NCBI GenBank assembly: GCA_034679345.1 | Contig: JAXDAY010000028.1 | Location: 232,665 to 296,664, forward strand | Origin: Candidatus Eiseniibacteriota bacterium | GTDB lineage: Bacteria > Eisenbacteria > RBG-16-71-46 > CAIMUX01 > VGJL01 | DNA: 64,000 bases | Direction of reading: 5' to 3' | Shown here: positions 10,301-18,519 of the stretch, piece by piece | How positions within the stretch are numbered: position 1 is the stretch's first letter | How the letters are laid out: every line of letters begins with the position of its first letter | Made by a program: the position numbers and the translations under genes | The notes under the pieces: model-generated | The model's database searches: none | The model's input: only the letters and a program-made list of their open reading frames with translations | What the model was told of the DNA's origin: nothing

Positions 10301-10477
10301 GACGGTCTCCGGAGACGCGCCGGGGTAGACCGTCTGCACCGCGATGAAAGGAAATGTGACATCCGGCCAGAGATCGATCGAGAGCCTCCGGAACGAGAAG
10401 AGGCCGAGGGTGACGATGGCGGCCATCATCATCGTGGCGAAGACGGGTCGCTTGATGGAGACGTCTGAGAGGAACAT
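7229..10477 (-). CDS. RND family efflux transporter, inner-membrane permease (AcrB/HAE1-like)
   Basis: 1082 aa with 12-TM RND architecture. N-terminus reads MFLSDVSIKRPVFATMMMAAIVTLGLFSF, and the large periplasmic loops are conserved. Confidence 0.9.
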   Translation of the reverse strand: MFLSDVSIKRPVFATMMMAAIVTLGLFSFRRLSIDLWPDVTFPFIAVQTVYPGASPETVERDVTRRIEEAVNPINGVKDLTSSSQEGLSLIFIEFELEVDEMDAQQDVRAKIESIRNELPKDIEEPLVLRFDPADQPIMSLALRSGTRTLRELTTLADEVIRKEIESVEGVGQVTVVGEEERAIVVELDPERLAARAVTIQQVMAALASENMEIPAGRLELGPGEQLVRVAGRIREPADFGNIVVDSRNGVPIRIRDVARVIDGADEARSAAFFEGDPAIGVDIRMVSKGNAVEVADRINERVKALSDRIPEGVELRIVRDDSVWIRESVEDVEVTILLGAILTVLVVFTFLNSWRSTVITGLTLPVSIIAAFAAVYAFGYTLNQMTLMALSLATGILIDDAIVVRENIVRHVGMGEDHKNAARKGTSEIGLAVLATTLSTLCVFVPIGFMGGIVGKFFKEFGITVACAVAVSLFVSFTLDPMLSSVWYDPVAEGHVGRGPIGRALERFNRGFIRLGELYRHLIGWSLSHRVWTLGIAVVAFVAALALFPLVGGTFFPDIDQGEIGVYVKTPVGSSLEYTRDRVQEISRILNRYEEVDYTYETIAGGFSAQVNEASIYVRLTPKEDRERSQQELEPILRRDLAGLSGVTISVLAAGGFGGPNKPLQIYVSGDQIDELKRISDEVLQLVRNTPGAIEAESAMEEEQPEVRIDVRRALANDIGIGVGSMAGTLRPAFAGQAATSWEDPGGEQHDVIVRLPRSARESVSQLAAIPLATGGRDPATGAPQIVRLGHIADITLSSSPQTIDRRNLKRVALVESNFTGETLTKVSKDIEEGIAQLRIPSGYSVEMSGETEMFRETVSHIVESMLLAIIFIYLVLASQFGSFLQPLAIMLSLPLSMVGVLLMLLATGTTFNIMSMIGLILLMGLVTKNAILLIDFANQGRERGLGRREALIDAGQIRLRPIVMTTMAMIFGMLPLALAIGAGAEFRAPLARAVIGGLITGSLLTLVVVPVVYTILDDFGGGLRDRLTQREREFRARQEMEPSPAGAGSSGISSVEPGILPQKARTKRPFWRRKQEGSSR

Positions 10478-10483
10478 CGGGGC

Positions 10484-11645
10484 CTACCGCTCCTGCGCGC
10501 CGCTCTCCGGCGCGCGACTCGACAGAACTTGGATCGGCACGCCATCGCGCAGGCCGGGCAGGACGCCTGTCAGCAGGGAGTCGCCGACGGCGAGCGCTCC
10601 GACCAGCTCGCAGACGCGCCCCTCCTCGTCCACGATCCCGACCTCGACAGGGACGCGTTCGGCCCGTCCGCCCCGGAGGCGATAGACGACTTGCTGCGTT
10701 CCTTCGTTTCGCAGGGCCACGATCGGGGCCGAGGCCACTCCCTCTCGGACCTGGTCCACGACGCGACCGCTCGCGAACAGCCCGCCCACGAGCTTGTCCC
10801 CCGGATTCGGCAGCCGCGCGTAGACGCGAAGCTGCCTCGTGCCCGGTTCGGTCGTCGGATTAACCCGGCTGACCTTCGCCTCGAACATCTCGCCCGGATA
10901 GGCGTCGACCCGGAATCGGATCGGGGTGCCCGGCCGCACGCGCGCGAGCGCCTCGGAGGGCACGGTCAACGAGAGCTCCATCGTGTCGGTATCGACAATC
11001 TGAAAGAGGGGATCGCCCGATACGGTTCGATCGCCGCCGTGAACATGGACCTGACTCACCGCTCCATGGATCGGGCTGGGCACATCGAGACGCACCACGT
11101 CCTCGCGGGCGGTGTTGCGCATGGCCTCCGCCTGATCCAGCGCGGCCCGCGCGGCGGTCCGACCCGCCTCCGCCGCCTCGAGATCGCTCGCCGATGCCGC
11201 CCCCGCCTCGAAGAGCCGCCGCGCCCGTTTCTCGGCGTTCTCCGCCGCCCGCATCCCCGCCTGGGCCGCGAGTAACTGCGCCTCGGCGGCGCGCATCCGA
11301 TCCTCGATGTCCCTCGGCCGATAGACCGCCAGGGGCTGGTCGCGTCGCACCGGCTGCCCTTCCCGCACCAGAACGCGATCGAGATCCGCGTCGAATCGAG
11401 CGTTGACTTCGACGATCTGCGCCGGCACGAGCTCCCCCGTGAAGGAGACGCCGGACTCGAGCGTGCGCGACTCGACGCGGACGATTTCGGAAGCGTTGAC
11501 GAGAACCGCGGCGGCCTCGGTCGCCCCCTTCGACTCGGCTCGCTCGCGCGCGCATCCCGCCGACACGATCAAGGAGGCCCCCGCAGCCAGCAGGAGCAGG
11601 AGCGAACCGGTGGACAATGGCGTTCGGTCATCCATCTTGATCATC
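10484..11645 (-). CDS. RND efflux membrane fusion protein (periplasmic adaptor, HlyD family)
   Basis: Lipoprotein-like signal (LLLLLAAGASLIVSAGC), coiled-coil hairpin, and beta-barrel/MP domains. Start at MIKMDD (11645). Sits immediately upstream of the RND pump. Confidence 0.8.
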
Positions 11646-11651
11646 ACAGCC

Positions 11652-13139
11652 TCAACGCTCCTCGACCCCTTCGGGGACGAGGGCAGTGAACAGCGGGCGG
11701 CCGCTGTAGCGTTCCAACTGGGCAAGCGCGACGAAGTAGTCGTGCCGCGCCCGCGCCTCATTCGACTGCGCGAGCTGGAATGCGATCCGCGCGGAGGCGA
11801 CTTCCAGCAAATCGGAGGCGCCTTCCTCATAACGCAGGCTCGCCAGGTCATAGGCCCGCCGGGCGAGCTCGACCGTCCTCGATCGGGAATGCAGATCGGC
11901 GGCGGCACGCATGAGATCCCATTGGCTCTGACGAACCCCCTCGCGGACCAGCTCCCGCGTCTGCTGGAGGGTGTATTGCGCCTGCAAGTGTTCGGCCTTC
12001 GCCTGCTGGATCGCCCCGCGCGTTCGGAATCCGTCGAAGAGGCTCCACTGAAGCACGGCCCCGGCGCTGACGTTCTTCTGCCAGTCATCCGATTTCGGGA
12101 ACAGGTCGCTCGGGAACGCCTGCTCGGAGTAGTCCGCGAACAGGGAGAGAGACGGCCACTTCCCGCTCGCCGCCACGCCCACGGCGCTCTTGCGCGCGCG
12201 AGCCACTGAGTCGAGGGCATCGATCCCGGCGGCCTCCAATGCGAGATCGACGAGCCCGGCGGTGTCGACCGCCGCGGGCTCGGCCGGCACGGCGGCGTCC
12301 TCGAGGATGGGAGTCACGAGCTGGATCGGCGAGCCAGAGGGGAGATTGACGAGCCTCGCGAGCTCGAGATAGGCGAGATCCCGCGCCGCGCGCGTCCGCA
12401 TGACCACCGGAACCTCGTTGTCCCGCTGGACCTCGGCCTGGAGCAGCTCGAACTCCGATGCTTCGCCCACGTCGTGGCGGAGCCGCACGCGTTCGAGCTG
12501 GCTCTCGGCCTGCTCGAGCGCAAGCTCGGCGATCCGCACGCCGCGGTCGGCAAGCAAGGCGGCGAGATAGGCGACGCGGACCTGAAGCGTCGTCTCCTCG
12601 GCCCGATCGACTCGAATCAGCTCGGCCGCGCGCATCGCATGCTTCGCGGCCGAGATCGAGTTCCAGATCGATCCGCCTTCGAGGAGCTTCTGGGAGAGGT
12701 TCAGTCCCGCGGTCCAGGTGTTCTCGCTTCCGAAGGAGGTGTTGCTGAACAGGCCGGCCAATCCGAGCAGGCCCGAGGTCGGCAGCGCCTTCTCGAGCTC
12801 CCGGACGCGGTCTTCGATGGGAGCCAATGTGTCGGCCTCGAATGCCTCGATGTCCACATCGGCGCTCTTGCGGAAGACGCTCTCGATCTGTCGCGTGTAG
12901 TTTGTCGAGAGACTGAGCTGCGGCAGCGCCGTCGAGCGGGCCTGGAGATACACGGCGCGGGCCGATTCATAGACCGCCTCGGCGTGCCGCATCTCCTCTC
13001 CCTGCTCCAGGGCGGTTCGCACGCAGTCGGCGAGGGTGAGCCGCAGCGTGTCCTCTCCGCTCGCGGACGCGCGATGCCACCCCACTGCCAGAAGCAACGC
13101 GCAGCAGAGCCCGGCGGCTGCGATCCTCTTCTTGGTCAT
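11652..13139 (-). CDS. TolC-like outer membrane efflux protein (OMF family)
   Basis: Signal peptide and two OEP repeats with the typical coiled-coil/beta pattern. Overlaps the TetR stop by 4 nt. Confidence 0.8.
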   Translation of the reverse strand: MTKKRIAAAGLCCALLLAVGWHRASASGEDTLRLTLADCVRTALEQGEEMRHAEAVYESARAVYLQARSTALPQLSLSTNYTRQIESVFRKSADVDIEAFEADTLAPIEDRVRELEKALPTSGLLGLAGLFSNTSFGSENTWTAGLNLSQKLLEGGSIWNSISAAKHAMRAAELIRVDRAEETTLQVRVAYLAALLADRGVRIAELALEQAESQLERVRLRHDVGEASEFELLQAEVQRDNEVPVVMRTRAARDLAYLELARLVNLPSGSPIQLVTPILEDAAVPAEPAAVDTAGLVDLALEAAGIDALDSVARARKSAVGVAASGKWPSLSLFADYSEQAFPSDLFPKSDDWQKNVSAGAVLQWSLFDGFRTRGAIQQAKAEHLQAQYTLQQTRELVREGVRQSQWDLMRAAADLHSRSRTVELARRAYDLASLRYEEGASDLLEVASARIAFQLAQSNEARARHDYFVALAQLERYSGRPLFTALVPEGVEER

Positions 13140-13756
13140 TGTGTCCGCTCCTTCATTCCGTCGAGGAGGATGCCCATCAACTCGTCCTCCAGCCCCTCCG
13201 GCACCTCGTCGATGTATCCGCTCAGCAGGGCCCCGGCATACATCCCGAGGGATGCCAGCGGCATGACGGCCGCCGCCCTCGGATCGACATCGCGAAACTC
13301 CCCGCTCTCGCGCCCCGCCTCGATCATCTGGACGACTTGCCCGAACAGCTCGCGGCCCGCCGATCGGTAGTCGAAGCCGAGAGGAAGATCTCCGGGCATC
13401 GCCAGGATCTGAAACGCGAAGGCAAAGACCTCCGGCTTCTCCCGGATGACCGAGACGTGATGCCGGAGGAAGCTTCGCACTCGCTCGGTTGCGCTCTGGG
13501 GTTCCGCGAGGATCTGCCGGCCGGCCGACATGCAGGCGTCGATGGCCTCGGTCAAAATGCTGGCGTAGAGCCTCTCCTTTGATTCGAAGTGATAGAAGAC
13601 GAGCGGCTTCGTCACGCCGGCGGCCTCGGCGATCTCCCGCATGGAGGTGCCTTCATACCCGCGCACCGCATAGAGGCGAGCGGCCGCCCGCTGGATCTTC
13701 TCCCGGGCGGATGGTTCTTCTGGTTTGTCGGGTGTCGGGTGCGGCTGGTAGCTCAT
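13136..13756 (-). CDS. TetR/AcrR family transcriptional regulator
   Basis: N-terminal HTH (IQRAAARLYAVRGYEGTSMREIAEAAGVTKPLVFYHFESKERLY). First gene of the efflux operon. Confidence 0.85.
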   Translation of the reverse strand: MSYQPHPTPDKPEEPSAREKIQRAAARLYAVRGYEGTSMREIAEAAGVTKPLVFYHFESKERLYASILTEAIDACMSAGRQILAEPQSATERVRSFLRHHVSVIREKPEVFAFAFQILAMPGDLPLGFDYRSAGRELFGQVVQMIEAGRESGEFRDVDPRAAAVMPLASLGMYAGALLSGYIDEVPEGLEDELMGILLDGMKERTQ

Positions 13757-13828
13757 CGTTCCTGACCTTTCGGTCAGGGTAATCGGATGGTGATCCTCAT
13801 CACAAGGATATTTTCCGCAATACTTCGG

Positions 13829-15031
13829 CTAGCTCGGCCGGGGCCGGCCCGGCGATTCGGTCTCGGAGTCGAGCCCAAGTGTTTGCGCGCGAACGAGTTT
13901 CGCCCGACCGAAGCGGTCCTGGAGTCGGTCCACGGTCTCCGCGAGACGGATCAAGCGTTGCGGGTCGCCCACCTCGTCGAAGAGAGCGCCATCGCTTCCC
14001 AAGGGATGGATCTGGGTCATCCCGACCCCGATGAGCCTAACAGGGCGGCCATCCCAGCTCTCTCGAAAGAGCCGCCGCGCCTCGGCGTGGATCGTCTCGG
14101 CAAGGCAGGTCGGATCCGCGATCTTGCGTCGCCGTGTGAGGGTCTGGAAGTTCGGGTACCGAAGCTTGAGTGTGACGACATGGCCCGTCACTCCGTCGCG
14201 CCGCAACCGCCGCGCCACCCGGGCCGCCTGATCGAGCATCACCGCCTCGACGAACGCGGGATCCTCCACATCGCGCGCGAAGGTCTGCTCATGGCTATAG
14301 GACTTCGCCTCCCAGTCCGGGACGACCTCACGCTCGTCCCGGCCGGCCGCCAGGTCGAGCAAGCGCTCTCCCCAGACTCCGAAACGCCGCTGCAGGGCAT
14401 CTCGATGCATCGCGCGGAGATCGGCGATCGTCTCGATTCCGACGCTCTGCAGCTGGGCGAGCGTCTTGGGCCCCACGCCCCAGAGGCGGCCGATCGGAAG
14501 CGGCGCAAGGAAGCCCTCGATCTCGTCCTGCCCGACGATGACGAGCCCGTCCGGCTTCCGCAGGTCCGAGGCGATCTTCGCGACGAACTTCCGTGGCGCG
14601 ATCCCCACGGAGACGGTGAGGCTCGTCGCATCGCGGACCTCCCGCTTGATCCTCCGACCCACGGCCTCCGGGGGGCCGAAGAGCGCCTCGGTCCCTGTGA
14701 GATCGAGGAAGGCTTCATCCAGCGAGAGCGGCTCCACGACGGGCGAGAACCGCTCGAAGACTCCCATCACGATCTCGGAAACCGCGGCGTACTTTGCGAG
14801 GTTGCCGGGGACGCGAACGAGGTTCGGGCAGAGACGAAGCGCGCGCGCCATCGGCATGGCCGAGTGGATGCCGTACTTGCGGGCCTCATAGGAGGCGGCG
14901 GCGACGACCCCGCGCCCCTCGGCCGATCCGCCGACGACGACCGGCTTGCCCGCTAATGTTGGATCGTCGCGGATCTCGATCGACGCGTAGAAGGCGTCCA
15001 TGTCGCAGTGGGCGATCCACCGATTCTGCAA
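13829..15031 (-). CDS. dinB: DNA polymerase IV (Y-family, DinB)
   Basis: MQNRWIAHCDMDAFYASIEIRDDP...SLDEAFLDLTG. Catalytic DMD and SLDEA motifs conserved along the full length. Confidence 0.9.
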   Translation of the reverse strand: MQNRWIAHCDMDAFYASIEIRDDPTLAGKPVVVGGSAEGRGVVAAASYEARKYGIHSAMPMARALRLCPNLVRVPGNLAKYAAVSEIVMGVFERFSPVVEPLSLDEAFLDLTGTEALFGPPEAVGRRIKREVRDATSLTVSVGIAPRKFVAKIASDLRKPDGLVIVGQDEIEGFLAPLPIGRLWGVGPKTLAQLQSVGIETIADLRAMHRDALQRRFGVWGERLLDLAAGRDEREVVPDWEAKSYSHEQTFARDVEDPAFVEAVMLDQAARVARRLRRDGVTGHVVTLKLRYPNFQTLTRRRKIADPTCLAETIHAEARRLFRESWDGRPVRLIGVGMTQIHPLGSDGALFDEVGDPQRLIRLAETVDRLQDRFGRAKLVRAQTLGLDSETESPGRPRPS

Positions 15032-15085
15032 GCGGCACCTCGCGGTTGGGGCAGGAATGATGATACCGCGGCAGAGCGAATCCCG

Positions 15086-16103
15086 CTAGAGGACCGCGCT
15101 GAATCCGAAGTAGATCCCGTGGGCTCCTTCCTCTCCTCCCACGTCGACGAAGACATGGTGGTAGCGCAGGATGAAGTTGAGCTCGTTCGTGCCGTCCCCC
15201 AGGATCCGCGCCCCCCCACCCAGATCGCCCGTGAGGGCCGTCGTCTCATCGTCCCCATGACTGCAATCGACCGCGAGGCCCTCGGGCCGGTAGATGCACG
15301 GACTCGAATCGATCCGGACATGGTGGAGCCCGACGCCCACGCCGAGGTGGAAGGACTGCCGCCCCCGATCGACCCGGGGGCCGGCAAAGATATCGAAAAG
15401 GGTCCAGTCCACCGCGCCTTCATCGTCCCAGGACTCGCCCAGATGTCCGGACCACGCGAGACCTGCCATCGGAAGAGTCATCTCGACGTGAATCGCTGGT
15501 AGCTCGTTCTGCAGGGCGAGCCGCAGGTTCACCATCCGATCGACGCCTCCGTAGCTCTCGCCCGTCGGGAAGAGGAGCCCTGCGTGGAAGCCCAGTCGCG
15601 GACGTGAAGGCCCGCCGGCCGGAACGACGCCGGAGAGCATGCTCCTCGACTCGAACCGGGAACGATCGGCGCGCGGATCCTCCCGGTCGATCGCCGCGGC
15701 CATCGCGCGCAGCGCCTCGTCGAGCGCGCCCTCGTCGGATGCGGTGAGCTGATCCAGGAAGAAGGGGCTCTCCTCGCCTGCCCGCGCCGCCGCGAGGTGA
15801 ACGGCGATCTTTGGGCCGAGCCGGATCAGGCTGCCGTAGGCAACCTTCTCGGCTGCGGCCGCCGCGCAAGCCGCCCGCGCGCAGTCGATCCGATCGCACG
15901 CCGGATGGTCATCCGGGCGCAGGACGACATGGTCGCGGACCTCGAGCTCGCCTGCGAGGAAGGCCCGCGCCGCCTCCACGGTCGGCGCGCCGACATCGAA
16001 TGAGGAGAAGGGAAGCAGGAGGATCGTCTCCGCTGCGACCGCGGTTCCGGCGAAGACGGCCATGAGGAGGATCGCGGCCGAAAGAAGGCGCGTGCGGCTC
16101 ATC
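15086..16103 (-). CDS. Hypothetical secreted protein (possible outer-membrane/beta-rich)
   Basis: Start at MSRTRLLSAAILLMAVFAGTAVAAE (signal peptide). The upstream part of the 544-aa track ORF is Arg-rich junk. Confidence 0.45.
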
Positions 16104-16176
16104 GGGTTCTCCCTGGTCCCATGAATCGACCTCGGAGGCATGGTCGAATACCCTCCGGGCGCCCGGCGGTTCCGCC

Positions 16177-16839
16177 TCAGAAGGGATCGGCTCCGTACTT
16201 CCGCCAGTAGAGGGCCCCTTTCACCGTCTCGGTGAAGACGGCCACCAGCTCCCGCTCCCGGGTCCACCAGCGGTCGGCTCTCTCTGTGGCAATGTCCGCG
16301 GGCAGGGACTCGACGCCGACCTCGATGCCCGAACCCTCGAAGATCTTCCGGAAGGTGGCGCGCGATCGCCGCAGGTGCATGGGAGAGGTCACGACGATGG
16401 CGCTCTTTGCTCCGCGGCGTTCCAGCTCCGCGCGGGCGTGGCGCGCCTCCTCGTAGGTGCTCGTCGCGCCGAGCGCCAGCCACACGTCCTCGTCCGGGAT
16501 TCCTCTTCGGATCGCGATCCTCCGCTTCACCTCTCCCTGGGTGAGCGAATCCTCCCCTGTGTAAACCGGGAGAAGCGGGACGTCGGGACCGACGATCAGA
16601 ATCGCGCCGGCGCGCCCTTCGCGGTAGATCCTCATCGCGGCGAGAAGCCGCTCCCCCTCTCCTCCGGCGAGCACGACGGCCACATCGGCGCTGCGCGGCG
16701 GATCGGCCGCCATGAGCCACCGCGCGTAGGCGGTCAGCAACGGCGGCATCGCCGCGGTCAAGAGCAGGGCAATGAGGGCGAGGATCGCGAGGATGCGGAC
16801 GGGCCGGATCGCCGGACGCCAGATCGGATCCGCGAGCAT
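16177..16839 (-). CDS. DUF218 / YdcF-ElyC family protein
   Basis: N-terminal TM then a DUF218 core (VAVVLAGGEG...AILIVGPD...IVVTSPMHLRRSRATF). Confidence 0.7.
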   Translation of the reverse strand: MLADPIWRPAIRPVRILAILALIALLLTAAMPPLLTAYARWLMAADPPRSADVAVVLAGGEGERLLAAMRIYREGRAGAILIVGPDVPLLPVYTGEDSLTQGEVKRRIAIRRGIPDEDVWLALGATSTYEEARHARAELERRGAKSAIVVTSPMHLRRSRATFRKIFEGSGIEVGVESLPADIATERADRWWTRERELVAVFTETVKGALYWRKYGADPF

Positions 16840-16840
16840 C

Positions 16841-17404
16841 TCAGACGTCGATCAAGTTCTCGCCCTTCCAGGCGTAAGCGAGACCGCATGAGCAGCGGAG
16901 ATCCTCGGGAAGCTTGCGTCCGCACCTGCAAGCCGCGCCGATGATCCGGGCCGGGTTGCCGGCGACCATCGCATGGTCCGGAACGTCGCGCGTCACGACG
17001 GCGCCGGCGGCGACGAAGCACCAGCGCCCGAGCGTCACGCCGCAGACGATCGTCGCGTTCGCGCCGATGGTCGCCCCGGAGCGGACGAGGGTCGGCTCCC
17101 ATCCGGCGGCTCCGGTTCGGTAGTCGGGATGGCTGCGGGGGACCCGATCGTTCGTGAAGACCGCGTAGGGGCCGATGAAGACATGATCCTCGATCGTCAC
17201 GCGGTCCCAGATCGCCACCCCGTTCTTCACGGTGACCGAGTCGCCGATCAGAGCTCCCCCCTCGACGAAGCAACCCTCGCCGATGTTGCACCCGGCTCCG
17301 ATCCGCGCCCCCTTCATCACATGGGCGAACGCCCAGATGCGGGTGCCTTCCCCGACCATCTCGGAGTCATTGATCCCATGAGAATGAACGAAGACCTCCG
17401 CCAT
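16841..17404 (-). CDS. Hexapeptide-repeat (LbH) acetyltransferase, sugar N/O-acetyltransferase-like
   Basis: Tandem hexapeptide repeats (GARIGAGCNIGEGCFVEGGALIGDSVTVKNGVAIWDRVTIEDHVFIG). Start at MAEVFVHS (17404). Its stop overlaps the DUF218 start. Confidence 0.75.
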   Translation of the reverse strand: MAEVFVHSHGINDSEMVGEGTRIWAFAHVMKGARIGAGCNIGEGCFVEGGALIGDSVTVKNGVAIWDRVTIEDHVFIGPYAVFTNDRVPRSHPDYRTGAAGWEPTLVRSGATIGANATIVCGVTLGRWCFVAAGAVVTRDVPDHAMVAGNPARIIGAACRCGRKLPEDLRCSCGLAYAWKGENLIDV

Positions 17405-17553
17405 GACTCCTCCTCCATCGCCCTTGCGGCCATTCCGGACCGACACCTATCGTCGACTTCACGGATCGCCGGATGCCGCTCCGTCGGGCGCCGCCCGGTC
17501 CGCCGGAAGCATCGCACTCCCGGGCGGATGGGACAAGTTGGGGGAGATCGATC

Positions 17554-18519
17554 ATGAACCGAGTCGGGGAAGAGTTCGAGATCCTCGTCGTCGCGAATCC
17601 CTCATGGGAGCGCGCGTGGCTCGTCTCGGATCTTCCGGTCGACTCATTCGATCCCTCGATCGCCCAGCGCCGGACCGCCGACGGAGGCGGGAGCGCTCTG
17701 AACACCGCCTGCGCCCTGGCCCGCGCGGGTCGGCGAGTCGCCGCCGTCGGTCGCGTGGGCGACGACGCGGAGGGGCGGCTCTGCGTGGAGGCTCTCGCTC
17801 GCAGAGGCGTCCACGCCAAGATCGAGATCGCACCGGGACGGGCGACGAAGCGAAACGACCTCTTCGTCCGAAGCTCGGATCGCGCGACCGCCTTCCGCGC
17901 CACGATTCCGCCCCACACCGCCCCTGCCTGGGAGGAGGATCCCCCCGCGCTTCTCGCGGCGCGCCTGCTCCACCTGGACCGCCTCGCGGCGGCCTCCATC
18001 GATTGGTGCCGGCGGCGTCGCGCGCGCGGCATGCGCAATTCCCTGAACTTGAACGCCCCGATGCGCCGCTCTCCCGGCACGGAGCGCTTCTGCATGGCGG
18101 CGCCGCTTCTCGATTTCATCCAGATCCCCGAGTCGGCCGATGCCACAAGGAACGGGCCGGACCGCGTGGCCCCGCCAAGCGGCTCGATCCACTCGCCGAT
18201 GCCGTCGCCCCCGCTCACCGGAGAGGAGATCGCCTCGATCCTCGAAGGGGGATCGAGGGTCCTCATCCGGACGCGCGGCGCCGACGGGGTCCGCATCGAC
18301 CGGGTGGGAGTCCCGACGATCCACATTCCGGCCCGCCCCACCGAGGTCGTCGACCCCACGGGCGCCGGCGACGCCTTCGCCGCGGGCTGGATCGATGCGA
18401 TCCTCGAGGGCGCGGGCGATGTCGCCGCCGCAAGCCGAGGGGTAGACTGGGCCGCGAGGGCCTGCCGTCATCTTGGGGCGCGCGCATGGCTCGATCACGA
18501 ACCGCCGGAGGTGGCGTGA
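17554..18519 (+). CDS. PfkB-family carbohydrate/nucleoside kinase (ribokinase-like)
   Basis: C-terminal PfkB signature DPTGAGDAFAAGWI and an N-terminal GG-containing sugar-binding region. Start at MNRVGEEFEILVV. Confidence 0.7.
   Translation: MNRVGEEFEILVVANPSWERAWLVSDLPVDSFDPSIAQRRTADGGGSALNTACALARAGRRVAAVGRVGDDAEGRLCVEALARRGVHAKIEIAPGRATKRNDLFVRSSDRATAFRATIPPHTAPAWEEDPPALLAARLLHLDRLAAASIDWCRRRRARGMRNSLNLNAPMRRSPGTERFCMAAPLLDFIQIPESADATRNGPDRVAPPSGSIHSPMPSPPLTGEEIASILEGGSRVLIRTRGADGVRIDRVGVPTIHIPARPTEVVDPTGAGDAFAAGWIDAILEGAGDVAAASRGVDWAARACRHLGARAWLDHEPPEVA

Noticed and set aside
8888-10468. 526-aa + strand ORF antisense to the RND pump (also 7892-8752 and 9369-10328)
   Set aside because: Antisense to a 1082-aa transporter with unambiguous RND architecture. 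Asp/Arg/His-rich junk translation.
17403-18515. N-terminal 370 aa of the 1221-aa + strand ORF (17403-21068) overlapping the PfkB kinase in another frame
   Set aside because: Arg/Pro/Gly-rich low-complexity translation typical of off-frame GC-rich sequence. The kinase frame has clear family motifs. The real secreted-protein gene starts at the GTG overlapping the kinase stop, followed by a signal peptide.
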